From an uncultured virus (IMG/VR IMGVR_UViG_3300031555_010821) (lineage: Duplodnaviria; Heunggongvirae; Uroviricota; Caudoviricetes), in the IMG/VR virus record IMGVR_UViG_3300031555_010821: a DNA stretch of 64,000 bases; one strand, 5' to 3'. The position numbers were made by a program, and so were the translations under genes. This document shows, in pieces, positions 9,757-19,293 of this stretch; the first letter of the stretch is position 1, and every line of letters starts with the position of its first letter. Below the pieces are notes generated by a model. That model ran no database searches. It was not told where the DNA came from and worked only from the letters and a program-made list of their open reading frames with translations.

Positions 9757-9790
9757 CTATACGTTAACACACCTACCGACCTAGTCAATA
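9757..9790 (-). promoter_or_regulatory. Repeated phage promoter, copy 3
   Basis: TTGACT-aggtcggtaggtgtgt-TAACGT. Confidence 0.6.
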
Positions 9791-9827
9791 TGTCGAACAA
9801 TAGTTTTCGGAGAATAATCAGATCAGT

Positions 9828-10193
9828 TTAATCGATCTCGCCGCAGGCCATCCGCCGCCTGGTGTTGCTATCGGCAGCGTGATATCTGCGCCACCAAGCC
9901 TCCGCTCTTTTGACTTCCTCCTGTATGAGCCGCTGAAGCTCATCTTTTTCAGATCGCTCCATTAAGTAAACATAGCCTTCAAAGCAACCTTCATAGCAGG
10001 TCCAAAAATCAACGTCTGTGTTCGGTATTCTGGATGCCAGATGCAACGCTGTCTGGAACTCTTCTTCAGTATCACAAGCGATGACCGCCCGTCTGAAATC
10101 GAATTTCAGATCTTGCCAGCTCAGATCGAGATGATATTTCTTTGTTGCTGCCACTACTCTTGCGACAAACTTTTTGTGGGCTCCCAGGTTCAT
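9828..10193 (-). CDS. Hypothetical protein
   Basis: AAAGGAG-preceded ATG. Confidence 0.65.
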   Translation of the reverse strand: MNLGAHKKFVARVVAATKKYHLDLSWQDLKFDFRRAVIACDTEEEFQTALHLASRIPNTDVDFWTCYEGCFEGYVYLMERSEKDELQRLIQEEVKRAEAWWRRYHAADSNTRRRMACGEID

Positions 10194-10389
10194 TTTTTGC
10201 GCTCCTTTTTTGCTTTCGGCTTTTGCTTTACGGCTTGTTGTTTTAGAATTACCGTTCGGAAGCATTAGGGCGCTCAGAGGCTACTGAGAGACTCTGGGCG
10301 CCCCTTGTTCTCCGCGTATGAATGTTGTATGTATTTTCCCTAAAGACCGGATGCCGGCCTTTTAGCGGGATTTGTCGATAGGTTTTGAG

Positions 10390-10743
10390 TTACGCAGACT
10401 CGACAACGTCCCAATCACTTCTCCACTGCTTCTGGATCTCCCAGCGGATGATTTCGTGCTCCTTGGCATCTTCTTCGCTGATGACGAGGTCGATTCCGAT
10501 ACCGCCGCAGTCAGTGGTTTCGATCCGAGCTCCACGGTTGTTCTTCCGAATCACCTTAGCCAGCTCAGCCATCGCTTCTTCGGCCGTATCAAACAAATTC
10601 TGAACAGACATATTCATGCCCGCCTTCTTTGGGTTCCACACGAACATACATTTGTTTTTCTGCTTCAGCAAGCGATCCTGATATGCTACGCGATACTTGG
10701 CGGTTAGTTTCATGCCGTCGGGGGTTGTAATGATTTCTTTCAT
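10390..10743 (-). CDS. Hypothetical protein
   Basis: AGGAGG RBS after promoter copy 4. Confidence 0.7.
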   Translation of the reverse strand: MKEIITTPDGMKLTAKYRVAYQDRLLKQKNKCMFVWNPKKAGMNMSVQNLFDTAEEAMAELAKVIRKNNRGARIETTDCGGIGIDLVISEEDAKEHEIIRWEIQKQWRSDWDVVESA

Positions 10744-10791
10744 TCGGGCTCCTCCTGATTCTGGTTATTCATTTGAGGATGATATATCCTC

Positions 10792-10827
10792 CATACTAAT
10801 CGTAGCATACCTACCGGCCATGTCAAG
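10792..10827 (-). promoter_or_regulatory. Repeated phage promoter, copy 4
   Basis: TTGACA-tggccggtaggtatgc-TACGAT. Confidence 0.7.
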
Positions 10828-10972
10828 TGTTATTTCTTGATTTCAAAGAAATGTTTTCATGCAATCTACATTGCCGTTTATTTGTTTCCGTTACCTTCTG
10901 TTTTCCGAATGGCCTTGTGAAGGGGGGATTACTGGCTGTTTCTGAAAATGGCCATATCCGGGCTGCACAAAC

Positions 10973-11000
10973 AAAAAAGAACGAGGCTTATGCCTCGTTC
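10973..11000 (-). terminator. Intrinsic terminator
   Basis: gaacgaggc-ttat-gcctcgttc stem with U-tract on minus strand. Confidence 0.65.
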
Positions 11001-11034
11001 GTAAATCTTTCAGTTATATTGCGTTTAAGTGCAG

Positions 11035-11280
11035 TCATTTCTCAAGCGGTCTCATCTTGTTTGTAAGGCCCAGAAGAAAATCAGCAGATACGTTTAGAGC
11101 CTTGCAGAGCTTTACCAGTGTCAAAATTCTCGGCTCCTGATGTCCGTTTAGGTAGCTGCTGACCTGACCGTTCCCAAGGGTGCTTGCCCTCATAATGTCG
11201 GCAGAGTTCATCTTCCGTGCAACCATCGCCATGCGAAGCCTGCGCGGAAACAGTTCAAGCGGTTCGTTTTTCCACGGCAT
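11035..11280 (-). CDS. XRE-family HTH regulator
   Basis: FPRRLR...VSSYLNG..EP....LVKLCKALNVSADFLLGL. Confidence 0.85.
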   Translation of the reverse strand: MPWKNEPLELFPRRLRMAMVARKMNSADIMRASTLGNGQVSSYLNGHQEPRILTLVKLCKALNVSADFLLGLTNKMRPLEK

Positions 11281-11806
11281 TAAGTATTACCTCCAATTCA
11301 TTTGCTAACTCCGGGTATACCGCCCGGATCTTATTGATGTTCGGTCTTGATGTGCGATAGCCCCACTGATAGGCTGTGCTGCTCGAAACGCCGACGTTCT
11401 TTGCAAAGGTATCGCGGCTGATCTTATTGTCCTGCCAAAACTGGCAAAGAACGTGCGTAATCTCTTCTGGGAGACGCTCCCTGGAGCGACGCTTTTTCTC
11501 ATTCTCCCTACGTCGGTAGTCAGCCTTGTGCTTCTTGTAGTATTCTTTTTTCCAGTCGGACGCTTTCTGCTTGTGTGCCTGATAGTATTGAGCACTATAT
11601 GCCCGAATCCTTTCACGGTTTCTGCGGTAGTATTCCCGCCTACGCTCTTTATCCCGTTCCCACTTATCCCGGTTGCGCTCTGCATGAAGTGTGCCGTCAC
11701 GGGATTCGGCTGCTTCTATCTCTTCGGCAGTTTCTGAAAACTCGCGTTCGATCTCTTCGTCTGCCTTTCGCATGGCTTCCAGTTCTTCAGGTGTGAACAT
11801 CGTCAT
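11255..11806 (-). CDS. Basic helical protein with C-terminal HTH
   Basis: R/K/Y-rich repeats; ISRDTFAKNVGVSSSTAYQW. Confidence 0.65.
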   Translation of the reverse strand: MTMFTPEELEAMRKADEEIEREFSETAEEIEAAESRDGTLHAERNRDKWERDKERRREYYRRNRERIRAYSAQYYQAHKQKASDWKKEYYKKHKADYRRRENEKKRRSRERLPEEITHVLCQFWQDNKISRDTFAKNVGVSSSTAYQWGYRTSRPNINKIRAVYPELANELEVILNAVEKRTA

Positions 11807-11876
11807 CCTCCATAAGTAAAGTTGGCTTTAATTAAAAGCCACCAATTGTGGTCTAAATTAAAAAACAGCGGATTAT

Positions 11877-12239
11877 TTAATTACGATAGGTCACTACTGG
11901 CTGTCCCAAAGTGCAGTTACAAATGCCACTGCCTCCATTGGAAGGATGATTACTGCAAGAACGACAGGCTGGCGGAATGGTATCATTCGTAGCGTTGACG
12001 GTATTAACGTTCTGTGTCATTTGCACCAACTGCCACCGGGCATTCGTGAGCTGCTGTTCAAGCTCGGCTACACGCAACCTCAGCTCATCGCGCTCTTTCA
12101 ATACGGAAGAATACTCTTGCACTGCTCTCGCAATTTCCAGCTCTTTGTTGGCTTTGGCTGTGAGAATCTGACATTCTGCATCAATATTATTCTCCGCTTT
12201 TTCTCTAAGAAACTTGTAATGCTTCCTACTTATCCACAT
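11877..12239 (-). CDS. Coiled-coil protein with CxxCSNHPSNGGSGICNC tail
   Basis: Start trimmed to MWISRK. Confidence 0.65.
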   Translation of the reverse strand: MWISRKHYKFLREKAENNIDAECQILTAKANKELEIARAVQEYSSVLKERDELRLRVAELEQQLTNARWQLVQMTQNVNTVNATNDTIPPACRSCSNHPSNGGSGICNCTLGQPVVTYRN

Positions 12240-12426
12240 TTGATTCCGCCTCCGTTCTGTTCTCTCAGATGAGCAAGCTCTTGCTTGAGCTTCTTGTTCT
12301 CCTGAACAATCTTGGCATGTATACAGGTTTTGTCGCATTCAGGTGTGTATTGCTTGCCAAAGCGGATATAGCAATGCTCAAAACAAGGGTTAAATAACTT
12401 GTTAGACATTTCAGAACCTCCAATGC

Positions 12427-12921
12427 TCAGTCCAGGATCTCACCAGTCTTCGTGTGCAGAGCGGTGAGCTCATTCAAAACTTCGATTATCTCGTCGATCT
12501 TCTCGTGGATGTCTGTCATGGTCGGGTGGTGTTCCCAACGGATGCAGTCGTCCGATGTCGAGCCGGTGGGCAGCTTCTCGATCTTCTTTAAGTTATCTCT
12601 CAGCGCATAAGGTTTTGCTGTCGTATGGTTATCAGCAGTTATATTTGTCTGACATTCTTTTATAGTAGTTAAAGAATCAACTTTTCTGAAATCACTGTGT
12701 GTAAACCCATTGAGTCCTTCAATCGTTGCCGTTTCCGGCAGAATAGGCTCAGGCTTCACATAAGAATTGCCGCCAAACGGCACTCTCATTACCTCTTCTC
12801 GCTCACCAGTCCAGCTCCATCCGCAGCTAGGGCAATGCTTTCTAGGGATAGGCGGATAGGTGCAAATAACCTCATGTACCAAGTCATGCCCGCACTCAGG
12901 GCAAGTTTCAATAATAAGCAC
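12427..12921 (-). CDS. Zn-ribbon hypothetical protein
   Basis: CPEC...CPSC. Confidence 0.65.
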   Translation of the reverse strand: MLIIETCPECGHDLVHEVICTYPPIPRKHCPSCGWSWTGEREEVMRVPFGGNSYVKPEPILPETATIEGLNGFTHSDFRKVDSLTTIKECQTNITADNHTTAKPYALRDNLKKIEKLPTGSTSDDCIRWEHHPTMTDIHEKIDEIIEVLNELTALHTKTGEILD

Positions 12922-12946
12922 TTCGTTTTCCTCCTCCAGTTGTAAC

Positions 12947-13303
12947 TCATTCTGTCGGCTGCTTGAGCCAACCTTTCATGAAGTTCAAGCAAAACTCCTC
13001 ATCGCAATGTTCAGCATTGCAACCAGTGCATTTGACATTTCGCACTAAGCATAACGCAAGCTCATCATCATCCGTCATTGCACGGATTCGGTCGGCGTTG
13101 GTTCTTTCAATAGGTATAAACATGCCCCAATCGCCAAGAGGGCTACACAACAAATTCACCTCAACCTTTCCTTCCGAACTAATACTCCCGCTTCCGAAGG
13201 AATAAAGACTTTCAATCGTGTGAGCTTGGCCGTCTGGTCTGGCGTTGATGTAATATCTTGCGCAATCCATTTTTCTTTCGCAAAGTTCACCCGTACATCT
13301 CAT
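12947..13303 (-). CDS. Hypothetical protein (TNADRIRAMTDDE motif)
   Basis: Common Firmicutes phage motif. Confidence 0.65.
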   Translation of the reverse strand: MRCTGELCERKMDCARYYINARPDGQAHTIESLYSFGSGSISSEGKVEVNLLCSPLGDWGMFIPIERTNADRIRAMTDDDELALCLVRNVKCTGCNAEHCDEEFCLNFMKGWLKQPTE

Positions 13304-13617
13304 ACCTCTTCCTCCAAATCCATCTTAGCGCCACAATTAGGGCAGTAGTTATCAATACGCTTTCTTTCATGGCAGACCGAACAATTCCCATATACATGGC
13401 ATCTGATTTCGTCTACTTCCTTATTCAACCACCGCCCATGCGGTCTGAGGCTTTCGGGGTCAATAGTCGGCTGTTCAGAAAGGACTTGCAACGCTGTTCT
13501 CATGTTGCTTAGTGCAGCCGTTCTTTCTTCATCGGATAGACACGGGCTAATACTCCAACACTGCATAATAAGGGCAATAGCGTCATGGTACTTGGTTGCA
13601 TCAATCAGTCTAGGCAT
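13300..13617 (-). CDS. Phage Zn-ribbon protein (RLIDA...HGRW...YCPNCGAKM)
   Basis: Family motif; paralogue at 14324. Confidence 0.75.
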   Translation of the reverse strand: MPRLIDATKYHDAIALIMQCWSISPCLSDEERTAALSNMRTALQVLSEQPTIDPESLRPHGRWLNKEVDEIRCHVYGNCSVCHERKRIDNYCPNCGAKMDLEEEV

Positions 13618-13629
13618 CGTCTTTCTCCT

Positions 13630-13740
13630 TTATCGTTTTGAAATAACCGCAGCTAAGATAAGCAGGAAACCTGCAATCAAGGCCCCGCATACACAAACAG
13701 AGGCAGACAAGTTGTAGATTGCCTCAACAAGCTCAGTCAT
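13630..13740 (-). CDS. Small membrane protein
   Basis: MTELVEAIYNLS...; hydrophobic; GGAGG RBS. Confidence 0.5.
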   Translation of the reverse strand: MTELVEAIYNLSASVCVCGALIAGFLLILAAVISKR

Positions 13741-13896
13741 CGTATCCCTCCTCGTTGCGGCCTGTTCCCATCTTGAAGGAACTCGCAAAAAGCAGTGCAA
13801 ATAGCGCAATCCACCACCTGTGGAACACAATTGCCAGCACCGTCCAGCAAATCACGCAAACGCTGTTCTTAACGGCCCAGGCCCACCAGGTGTGCT

Positions 13897-14331
13897 TCAT
13901 TTCTCGTCCTCCATCAGTTCCGGGTTGTCATGAATGTTGCCGATGACCTCGCCTCTCAGGATGCAATCAAAGGTTGCAATGGCATTAAGGCTATTCAGAA
14001 GCCCAAACGCGGCAACATAAAGCCCGCCCCTCGCATATCGGACTGCGCCATCGGTGACGTTGAATGCCTTCTTTACATCGTCATCGATGCGGACGAAATC
14101 GCCCTCGAAAATTTCCACGCCGTTTTTGTCTGGCATTCCTGCGCACCGGCCGACGGTGGCGGGGTCGACTTCAAACCAGCATGGGTAGAAATCGCCGCAG
14201 TCCGTTTCCGAAAAGTAAATATAGATGCGATGGGTTTCAAGGTCTTTCATTACATCTTTGAGGTGGACGTAAAAGCCCACCACCCATTCACCATTGTCGG
14301 TCCGCTTTCCGCGTGCAAGCATCTCACTCAT
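13897..14331 (-). CDS. YopX-family protein
   Basis: RGKRTDNGEWVVG...DKNGVEIFEGD...EVIGNIHDNPEL. Confidence 0.9.
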   Translation of the reverse strand: MSEMLARGKRTDNGEWVVGFYVHLKDVMKDLETHRIYIYFSETDCGDFYPCWFEVDPATVGRCAGMPDKNGVEIFEGDFVRIDDDVKKAFNVTDGAVRYARGGLYVAAFGLLNSLNAIATFDCILRGEVIGNIHDNPELMEDEK

Positions 14332-14626
14332 CGTCTTCCTCCTGTTCCACATCTTGCTTTTCCTGCATGTCCGCGCCGCAGTTGGGGCAGTAGGGCTTGT
14401 CGTAGGTGTTATCTCGCTCACAGTTTGAGCACATCCATCCGTTAGAGCAGTCAATCCACCGCCCATGCGGTCTGAGGCTTTCGGGGTCAATGGTCGGGGC
14501 TTCATCGAGTTTGTTTAGCACTCGTTCAGCCATAGTCATCTTGGTTTCCTCGCTCATTCTGACGCATTTCACCATTTCAACAACTAGCTCACGGTGTAGA
14601 GCATCCGCATAAATCAATCTAGGCAT
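14324..14626 (-). CDS. Phage Zn-ribbon protein, paralogue of 13300
   Basis: PTIDPESLRPHGRW...YCPNCGA. Confidence 0.75.
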   Translation of the reverse strand: MPRLIYADALHRELVVEMVKCVRMSEETKMTMAERVLNKLDEAPTIDPESLRPHGRWIDCSNGWMCSNCERDNTYDKPYCPNCGADMQEKQDVEQEEDDE

Positions 14627-14963
14627 CGTCTTCCTCCATTTCCTTTCTCACCTTCAGAACCGCGGCCTTGCATTTGTCGCATACCACGCTCTCGGATGTG
14701 GGGGAGTTCAAATCAACGCCATCCCCGCAGATCAGGCACGCCTTGCCGATTTTCTCAGCCGCAAATTCTATCCGCTGTGTCACGGTTTCTGCGTTTGCCG
14801 CCGTGCCACTCAGCGGGCACTCCTTCGTGCCTCTATAATCCGCCCATGAAACAGGAAGGGGATAAACGATCTCCCTCAGCTCTTTCGTGAGATGTGCGAG
14901 GTAACAGGTCTTCGGGCAGCTTTTGGGGTTGTAGTCAGCGCAATGTGTGGCATCGTGGTTCAT
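14619..14963 (-). CDS. Cys-rich hypothetical protein
   Basis: Coupled ORF. Confidence 0.65.
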   Translation of the reverse strand: MNHDATHCADYNPKSCPKTCYLAHLTKELREIVYPLPVSWADYRGTKECPLSGTAANAETVTQRIEFAAEKIGKACLICGDGVDLNSPTSESVVCDKCKAAVLKVRKEMEEDDA

Positions 14964-15214
14964 TCCGAATCACCCGCCCTCTTGTTCCATTTTCCGATAG
15001 CATTAACAAGCTCTGAATCGTCAATCTGTAATCCTGAATATGGATTCCAATCAAACCGCACGTGGACACTCCCGCTTTGACGGCATCCGCATTTTCGGCA
15101 ACAGATTTGGAATATGCGTCCAAACTTCAAGTGGCTTTCACCGCCATTCGATGTAGATAGACATTCAACGACTGGAATCGCCCCGCAAAAGGGGCACGGC
15201 TTTAATTCAGGCAT
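14960..15214 (-). CDS. Lar-family restriction alleviation-like protein
   Basis: ELKPCPFCG...C..C...AIGKWNKR. Confidence 0.8.
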   Translation of the reverse strand: MPELKPCPFCGAIPVVECLSTSNGGESHLKFGRIFQICCRKCGCRQSGSVHVRFDWNPYSGLQIDDSELVNAIGKWNKRAGDSE

Positions 15215-15470
15215 CCTCTTCCATCCTCTCATAGGTCTTTTCAAAGATATCCGGCTTGCAGGGGTAGAACTCCCCGTTCACGTCCTTGATGATCCAGTCG
15301 CCGGGCGCGGCAATCATATCGCCCTCAAGCGTTTTAATATACATCTCGCACAGGCTAAATGCGGCCAACCGTTTGCCGTCATGAGTCACAAAACGGACAA
15401 TTTCGGTGTGGTTCTCCCCCGTCCACTGCACCGCCTCAACCACAACGGGTTTCTTTCTGTATTTAGCCAT
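15207..15470 (-). CDS. Conserved phage protein (KKPVVVEA...[16 protein letters not shown])
   Basis: Family motif. Confidence 0.85.
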   Translation of the reverse strand: MAKYRKKPVVVEAVQWTGENHTEIVRFVTHDGKRLAAFSLCEMYIKTLEGDMIAAPGDWIIKDVNGEFYPCKPDIFEKTYERMEEDA

Positions 15471-15891
15471 CGGCGCCCTCCTGCTTTCTACCTCGGAATA
15501 TCTTGTCGATTGTTCCAGCCTCGGCAATCTTGGGAAAGAACTCCTTGAGATAGTTCACATATTCATCAGACACATCATCGAATCTTTGGTCAACGATAGT
15601 GTCGAAATCTTTCTGCCATTTCTCCGGCACTTTGAACTCATAATATCCGTAGGTGCTGTCGAAATCATCGTCCCATGTCTTAACGAAATTCGGGTCTTCA
15701 TACAATTCTTCCTCACCGTACCCGGTGTTGCGATTGCCGCCGCCTACTCTGGTAAGAATGACGATGTGCTTGTAGTCATCGGTTAAGAAACAGTCGCGGA
15801 ATCTGGGCCACTCGTCCTGCTTGCGGCCAAGCATAGGCATAAAAAGCAGACAGCAGGGATTAAATCCATTCATCAAATTATAAATGCTCAT
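15463..15891 (-). CDS. Conserved phage hypothetical (RFRDCF...TRVGGGNR...DDDFDSTY)
   Basis: ORF and motif. Confidence 0.75.
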   Translation of the reverse strand: MSIYNLMNGFNPCCLLFMPMLGRKQDEWPRFRDCFLTDDYKHIVILTRVGGGNRNTGYGEEELYEDPNFVKTWDDDFDSTYGYYEFKVPEKWQKDFDTIVDQRFDDVSDEYVNYLKEFFPKIAEAGTIDKIFRGRKQEGADG

Positions 15892-16063
15892 TGTTTTTTC
15901 TCCTTTCTTTCTGCTGCTTGGAATAAGCAGCGGTTCCGATCTTGTTTAGATTCCTGGCTTTTGCTGCCGCGCTCAATCGCTTGCGCCTACATTGTGGGCA
16001 GAGAAAAGAACGCGGGCCAGCATCGTACACCTTGCCGCAATCCTCGCAAAGTTCTTTAGCCAT
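15878..16063 (-). CDS. Small Zn-finger protein
   Basis: CEDC...CPQC. Confidence 0.6.
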   Translation of the reverse strand: MAKELCEDCGKVYDAGPRSFLCPQCRRKRLSAAAKARNLNKIGTAAYSKQQKERRKNNEHL

Positions 16064-16394
16064 TGTCTTCTCTCCTTTTTCCATCACTGCAAAAACCGTC
16101 TTCAGCAACCGTATAAAACCACTCGTCGTCGCTGTACATTTTCCGTATCATGCATTCTCCGATCACCTTGTCGGCTGGCTTCCGCCACATCATAGATAGT
16201 CTGCAATCCCTGCATCTGACTACCTCCACCGCATCCACGGCAGTCTGCTCGTCAATGATGCGCAGCAAGGAATCTCGGTACTGTTTTGCATACTCATGCA
16301 AGACACCCTTGCCAGATCTCATGCCTGTGATATAAGCGGTTAAACCACTGAGTTCTTCGAGTAACTTGTTCCGATGAATCAGCTCGTCATTCAC
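16056..16394 (-). CDS. Phage protein (VDAVEVVRCRDC...FCSDG)
   Basis: Family motif. Confidence 0.75.
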   Translation of the reverse strand: MNDELIHRNKLLEELSGLTAYITGMRSGKGVLHEYAKQYRDSLLRIIDEQTAVDAVEVVRCRDCRLSMMWRKPADKVIGECMIRKMYSDDEWFYTVAEDGFCSDGKRREDNG

Positions 16395-16471
16395 GCTTGC
16401 TCCCCTTCTCCTTTGCTGCTACTTTTTCGGTATAGACGCGATACCCGGATTTCTCCATGTTCTTCCGAGTC

Positions 16472-16867
16472 TCAGCGTCGGGAGTAGTCTCCGACGGCCC
16501 GTAGGCCATGATTTTGCCACTCTTTTTTACTTTCCAAGACATCGTGGTTCAGGTCCTTTCCGTTTGTTTTATCATTTCGTGTTGTAGCACTCGCAAAGTA
16601 AATCACAGGCTTGCCGATATAGAGGCACAAATCATGCTCCAGTTTGGCGCCGCTGCTTTCGTACCAGTCGGGCAGAAAGTACACAACATCTGCACACTCG
16701 ATCATCGAGATACAGATGCGCATATAATCGCCGCCGCTCAAGCCTTCGGGAAGTTCGGCAGGATTCAGCACGATAAGGCCATCCTGCTCGAGGTCTCTTT
16801 TACCGATCTCGAACTTCTCGCGGTAGCCGGGATCTCCTGTGATTTTGCCTGCAATATATGCTTTCAT
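16472..16867 (-). CDS. DUF4406-like (nucleoside deoxyribosyltransferase-fold) protein
   Basis: YIAGKITG...LNPA...W.ESSGAKLE. Confidence 0.85.
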   Translation of the reverse strand: MKAYIAGKITGDPGYREKFEIGKRDLEQDGLIVLNPAELPEGLSGGDYMRICISMIECADVVYFLPDWYESSGAKLEHDLCLYIGKPVIYFASATTRNDKTNGKDLNHDVLESKKEWQNHGLRAVGDYSRR

Positions 16868-16884
16868 TTGCTTCTCCTTTAAGT

Positions 16885-17385
16885 TCAGGTGTTTTCTTTG
16901 AGTGCTTCAAGGCACAGGTGGTAGTTGCTGTTCAAGTCTCGGAATGCAACCGGATCGCCGCCGGCGTCAGGATGCATTACCATTGCCATGCGCTTGTACT
17001 GCGCCTTGACATCATCAACGCTTGTCGGGCGTGATGAAAAGCCGAGCGCGTAAAAGCAGATCTCAAGAGGCTTGGCTTCAGGAAGATACTTCATACCCGA
17101 AACCCAAGTATCCAGATCATAAATGCCTCTTTCGACCATTCTGGCAAGGTCTTCAAGAGACAGGACAACCTGCGCAAATACGTCAGAGCCATAGCGAATG
17201 TCAACACCGTGAGCTTTCGCGTTTTCTACGCTATGAGCAAAGCGATACGGCTGGCCCTTATAGACAAAGGACACCCAGCATTCGAAGCGGCTCCAGTCGT
17301 AGTTATAGGATTCGACGCCTAATCGCCCCATGACCTTTTCGAGCTTTGCTTCATAGGTTTCAGGCGCTGCATACTGCTTGGCCAT
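16885..17385 (-). CDS. J-domain-containing protein
   Basis: C-terminal VKAQYKRMAMVMHPDAGGD. Confidence 0.85.
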   Translation of the reverse strand: MAKQYAAPETYEAKLEKVMGRLGVESYNYDWSRFECWVSFVYKGQPYRFAHSVENAKAHGVDIRYGSDVFAQVVLSLEDLARMVERGIYDLDTWVSGMKYLPEAKPLEICFYALGFSSRPTSVDDVKAQYKRMAMVMHPDAGGDPVAFRDLNSNYHLCLEALKENT

Positions 17386-17605
17386 TTTCGTGCACCTCCA
17401 CCTGGAAAAGTTCGTCGATCGGACACTCAAAAATCTGAGACAACCGATATAAATAATACGCACTCGGCGCATGTTCTCCGTTCTCCCAAACAATGACCTT
17501 CGGTCTCGAATCATCAAGTTTGCGAGACAGAGTTGCGAGGCTCAATCCGTGTTCAATTCTTTTCCGCTTGATGTTTCGGCCGATAACAGTAGCAATATCT
17601 TCCAT
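17360..17605 (-). CDS. XRE-family HTH regulator
   Basis: IGRNIKRKR...WENG..PS...LSQIFECPIDELF. Confidence 0.85.
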   Translation of the reverse strand: MEDIATVIGRNIKRKRIEHGLSLATLSRKLDDSRPKVIVWENGEHAPSAYYLYRLSQIFECPIDELFQVEVHENGQAVCSA

Positions 17606-17815
17606 TTAATTCCCTCCATAAAACTCAGCTTTGTGTGGTTTTTTCTTCGAGCGCCAGCTTGACTGCCGTGAGGAATAGGCTGAGATACTCCAGATGCGAC
17701 TTTGGAATGATTCCAACCATTCCGTATGAGGCCGCTTTCAGAATCTCAATAACCTCCCCTTTGGTTATGAATTCATCGTTGTTTATGGCCATTCGAACCG
17801 TCCTTTCTTGAACTA

Positions 17816-18391
17816 CTATCGGTCAAGAAAAACAAGGCCGTCTGCTAGACAATGTCTTACGACGCCATTCTCATCCTCTACAAGAGCGGTAGTGAAGTTC
17901 CCGGGCCCAGTCTCAAACTCCTCGTAGTCGCTCGCCCATTGGTGAAACCAACCAGTAATGCAGTGAATGGTTCTATCTTCCCAATATTTCGCACTACACT
18001 TGCGAAGACCGCTCACCGGTGAAGCTCTTCTGAACGGAGCTTCTGTCCATGTGCGGAAGTTCACGATCTGATCTACCAGCGTGTCTGTTTCTCCTTTGAA
18101 GCAGATCGCTCGATCGTCGACATAGCAGATTGCAGGCGGCTTCTCAGCCATGACATCATCAACAATGATGTCATGTTGGCGCAGGTACTGTCGCACTGCT
18201 CCCATTCCGTTGAGGGAAACACAGCGGGTGGATACGACCACGACTTTATAGCCGCGCTCGCGGAGCTGTTCAATAACCTCTCTGATGCCGGGCACAACAG
18301 GGTCAGTGACGATATCAGCTCCTTGCCAACCGCTCTGATAAGAGTGAATAACGCCGTCAAAATCGAATACGACTGTCGGTTTGTATTCCAC
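17816..18391 (-). CDS. HAD-superfamily phosphatase with extra C-terminal domain
   Basis: FDFDG motif I, VVSTR motif II, KPP and YVDDR motifs III/IV. Confidence 0.8.
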   Translation of the reverse strand: MEYKPTVVFDFDGVIHSYQSGWQGADIVTDPVVPGIREVIEQLRERGYKVVVVSTRCVSLNGMGAVRQYLRQHDIIVDDVMAEKPPAICYVDDRAICFKGETDTLVDQIVNFRTWTEAPFRRASPVSGLRKCSAKYWEDRTIHCITGWFHQWASDYEEFETGPGNFTTALVEDENGVVRHCLADGLVFLDR

Positions 18392-18407
18392 GAGGATCCT
18401 CCCTTTC

Positions 18408-18629
18408 TTATTCTTCGGGCACTTCTTCGAGCGCACCATAGATGATGTCTTCTGTCTCGTCTGTTCGCATCCACTCGATCAGAACGTGACCGCAGTATTT
18501 GCACTGGCTCACAATGACAGTGGCGTTCGTATGGATTTCTTTTTGGACGTATCGACAAGGGTCGATGGCATCCACGCCGTTTGGCCGAATGATGACGCCG
18601 TTCGGATGCTGGCATTTTTGTCGTGCCAT
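18408..18629 (-). CDS. Small Cys-containing hypothetical protein
   Basis: Coupled ORF. Confidence 0.6.
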   Translation of the reverse strand: MARQKCQHPNGVIIRPNGVDAIDPCRYVQKEIHTNATVIVSQCKYCGHVLIEWMRTDETEDIIYGALEEVPEE

Positions 18630-19283
18630 TTATTTGGCCTCCGCTTCATCGAAGTAGGTCGCAGCCAAATCAGCCATGTGTGTCATAGCTGCGAGGGGGT
18701 GCAAAGCAAACGCATTGCCGACATTCTGGGAGCCTGCCCGGAAGGAATCGTCCGAGAATCCCATATGCCACCGAATTGCCATCGCTTCATCCCGCGTCAG
18801 CCGCATAAAGCCAGAAATGATATAGACGGATTTTTCTCCGTGTCCGTAAGGCAGCTTGTCATCGTGCTTGTAGCCCATAACTGTCTCCCAGATATAGTCA
18901 CCCATACTGTCATGTTTGACGTTGCCCTTCCAGGCAGCGGCGACTTTAGCCGTGTCATATGTCTTCTGGTTCTTCGGCTCCTTACGATAGATGCCAACTT
19001 TGCAGAGGTCGTGAAGCAAGCCGCAAATTGCAATGCTTTCTTCGTCCTCGGGAGGCAAACCGACTGGACCAAAACTTTTTCGCTCACACTCTCCGAGGTA
19101 AATCTCCCGAAGTCTGTTATACACGTTGATGCTGTGTTCCAAAAGCCCGCCAGGACGGCTCAGATGGAAGCGCGTCGATGCGGGGGCTTCAAAGAAATCA
19201 CTGTTCAAAAGCCAGTCGAGCAGTTTGTCCGCGCCTTCGCGTTTGATGTTATCCGTGTAGATTTCAATGAATGTATCTTTCAT
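18630..19283 (-). CDS. HD-domain phosphohydrolase
   Basis: APAS..H...GGLLEHS...LLHDLCK...HG.KS...IRWHMG...AD. Confidence 0.9.
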   Translation of the reverse strand: MKDTFIEIYTDNIKREGADKLLDWLLNSDFFEAPASTRFHLSRPGGLLEHSINVYNRLREIYLGECERKSFGPVGLPPEDEESIAICGLLHDLCKVGIYRKEPKNQKTYDTAKVAAAWKGNVKHDSMGDYIWETVMGYKHDDKLPYGHGEKSVYIISGFMRLTRDEAMAIRWHMGFSDDSFRAGSQNVGNAFALHPLAAMTHMADLAATYFDEAEAK

Positions 19284-19293
19284 TTTTATCCTC

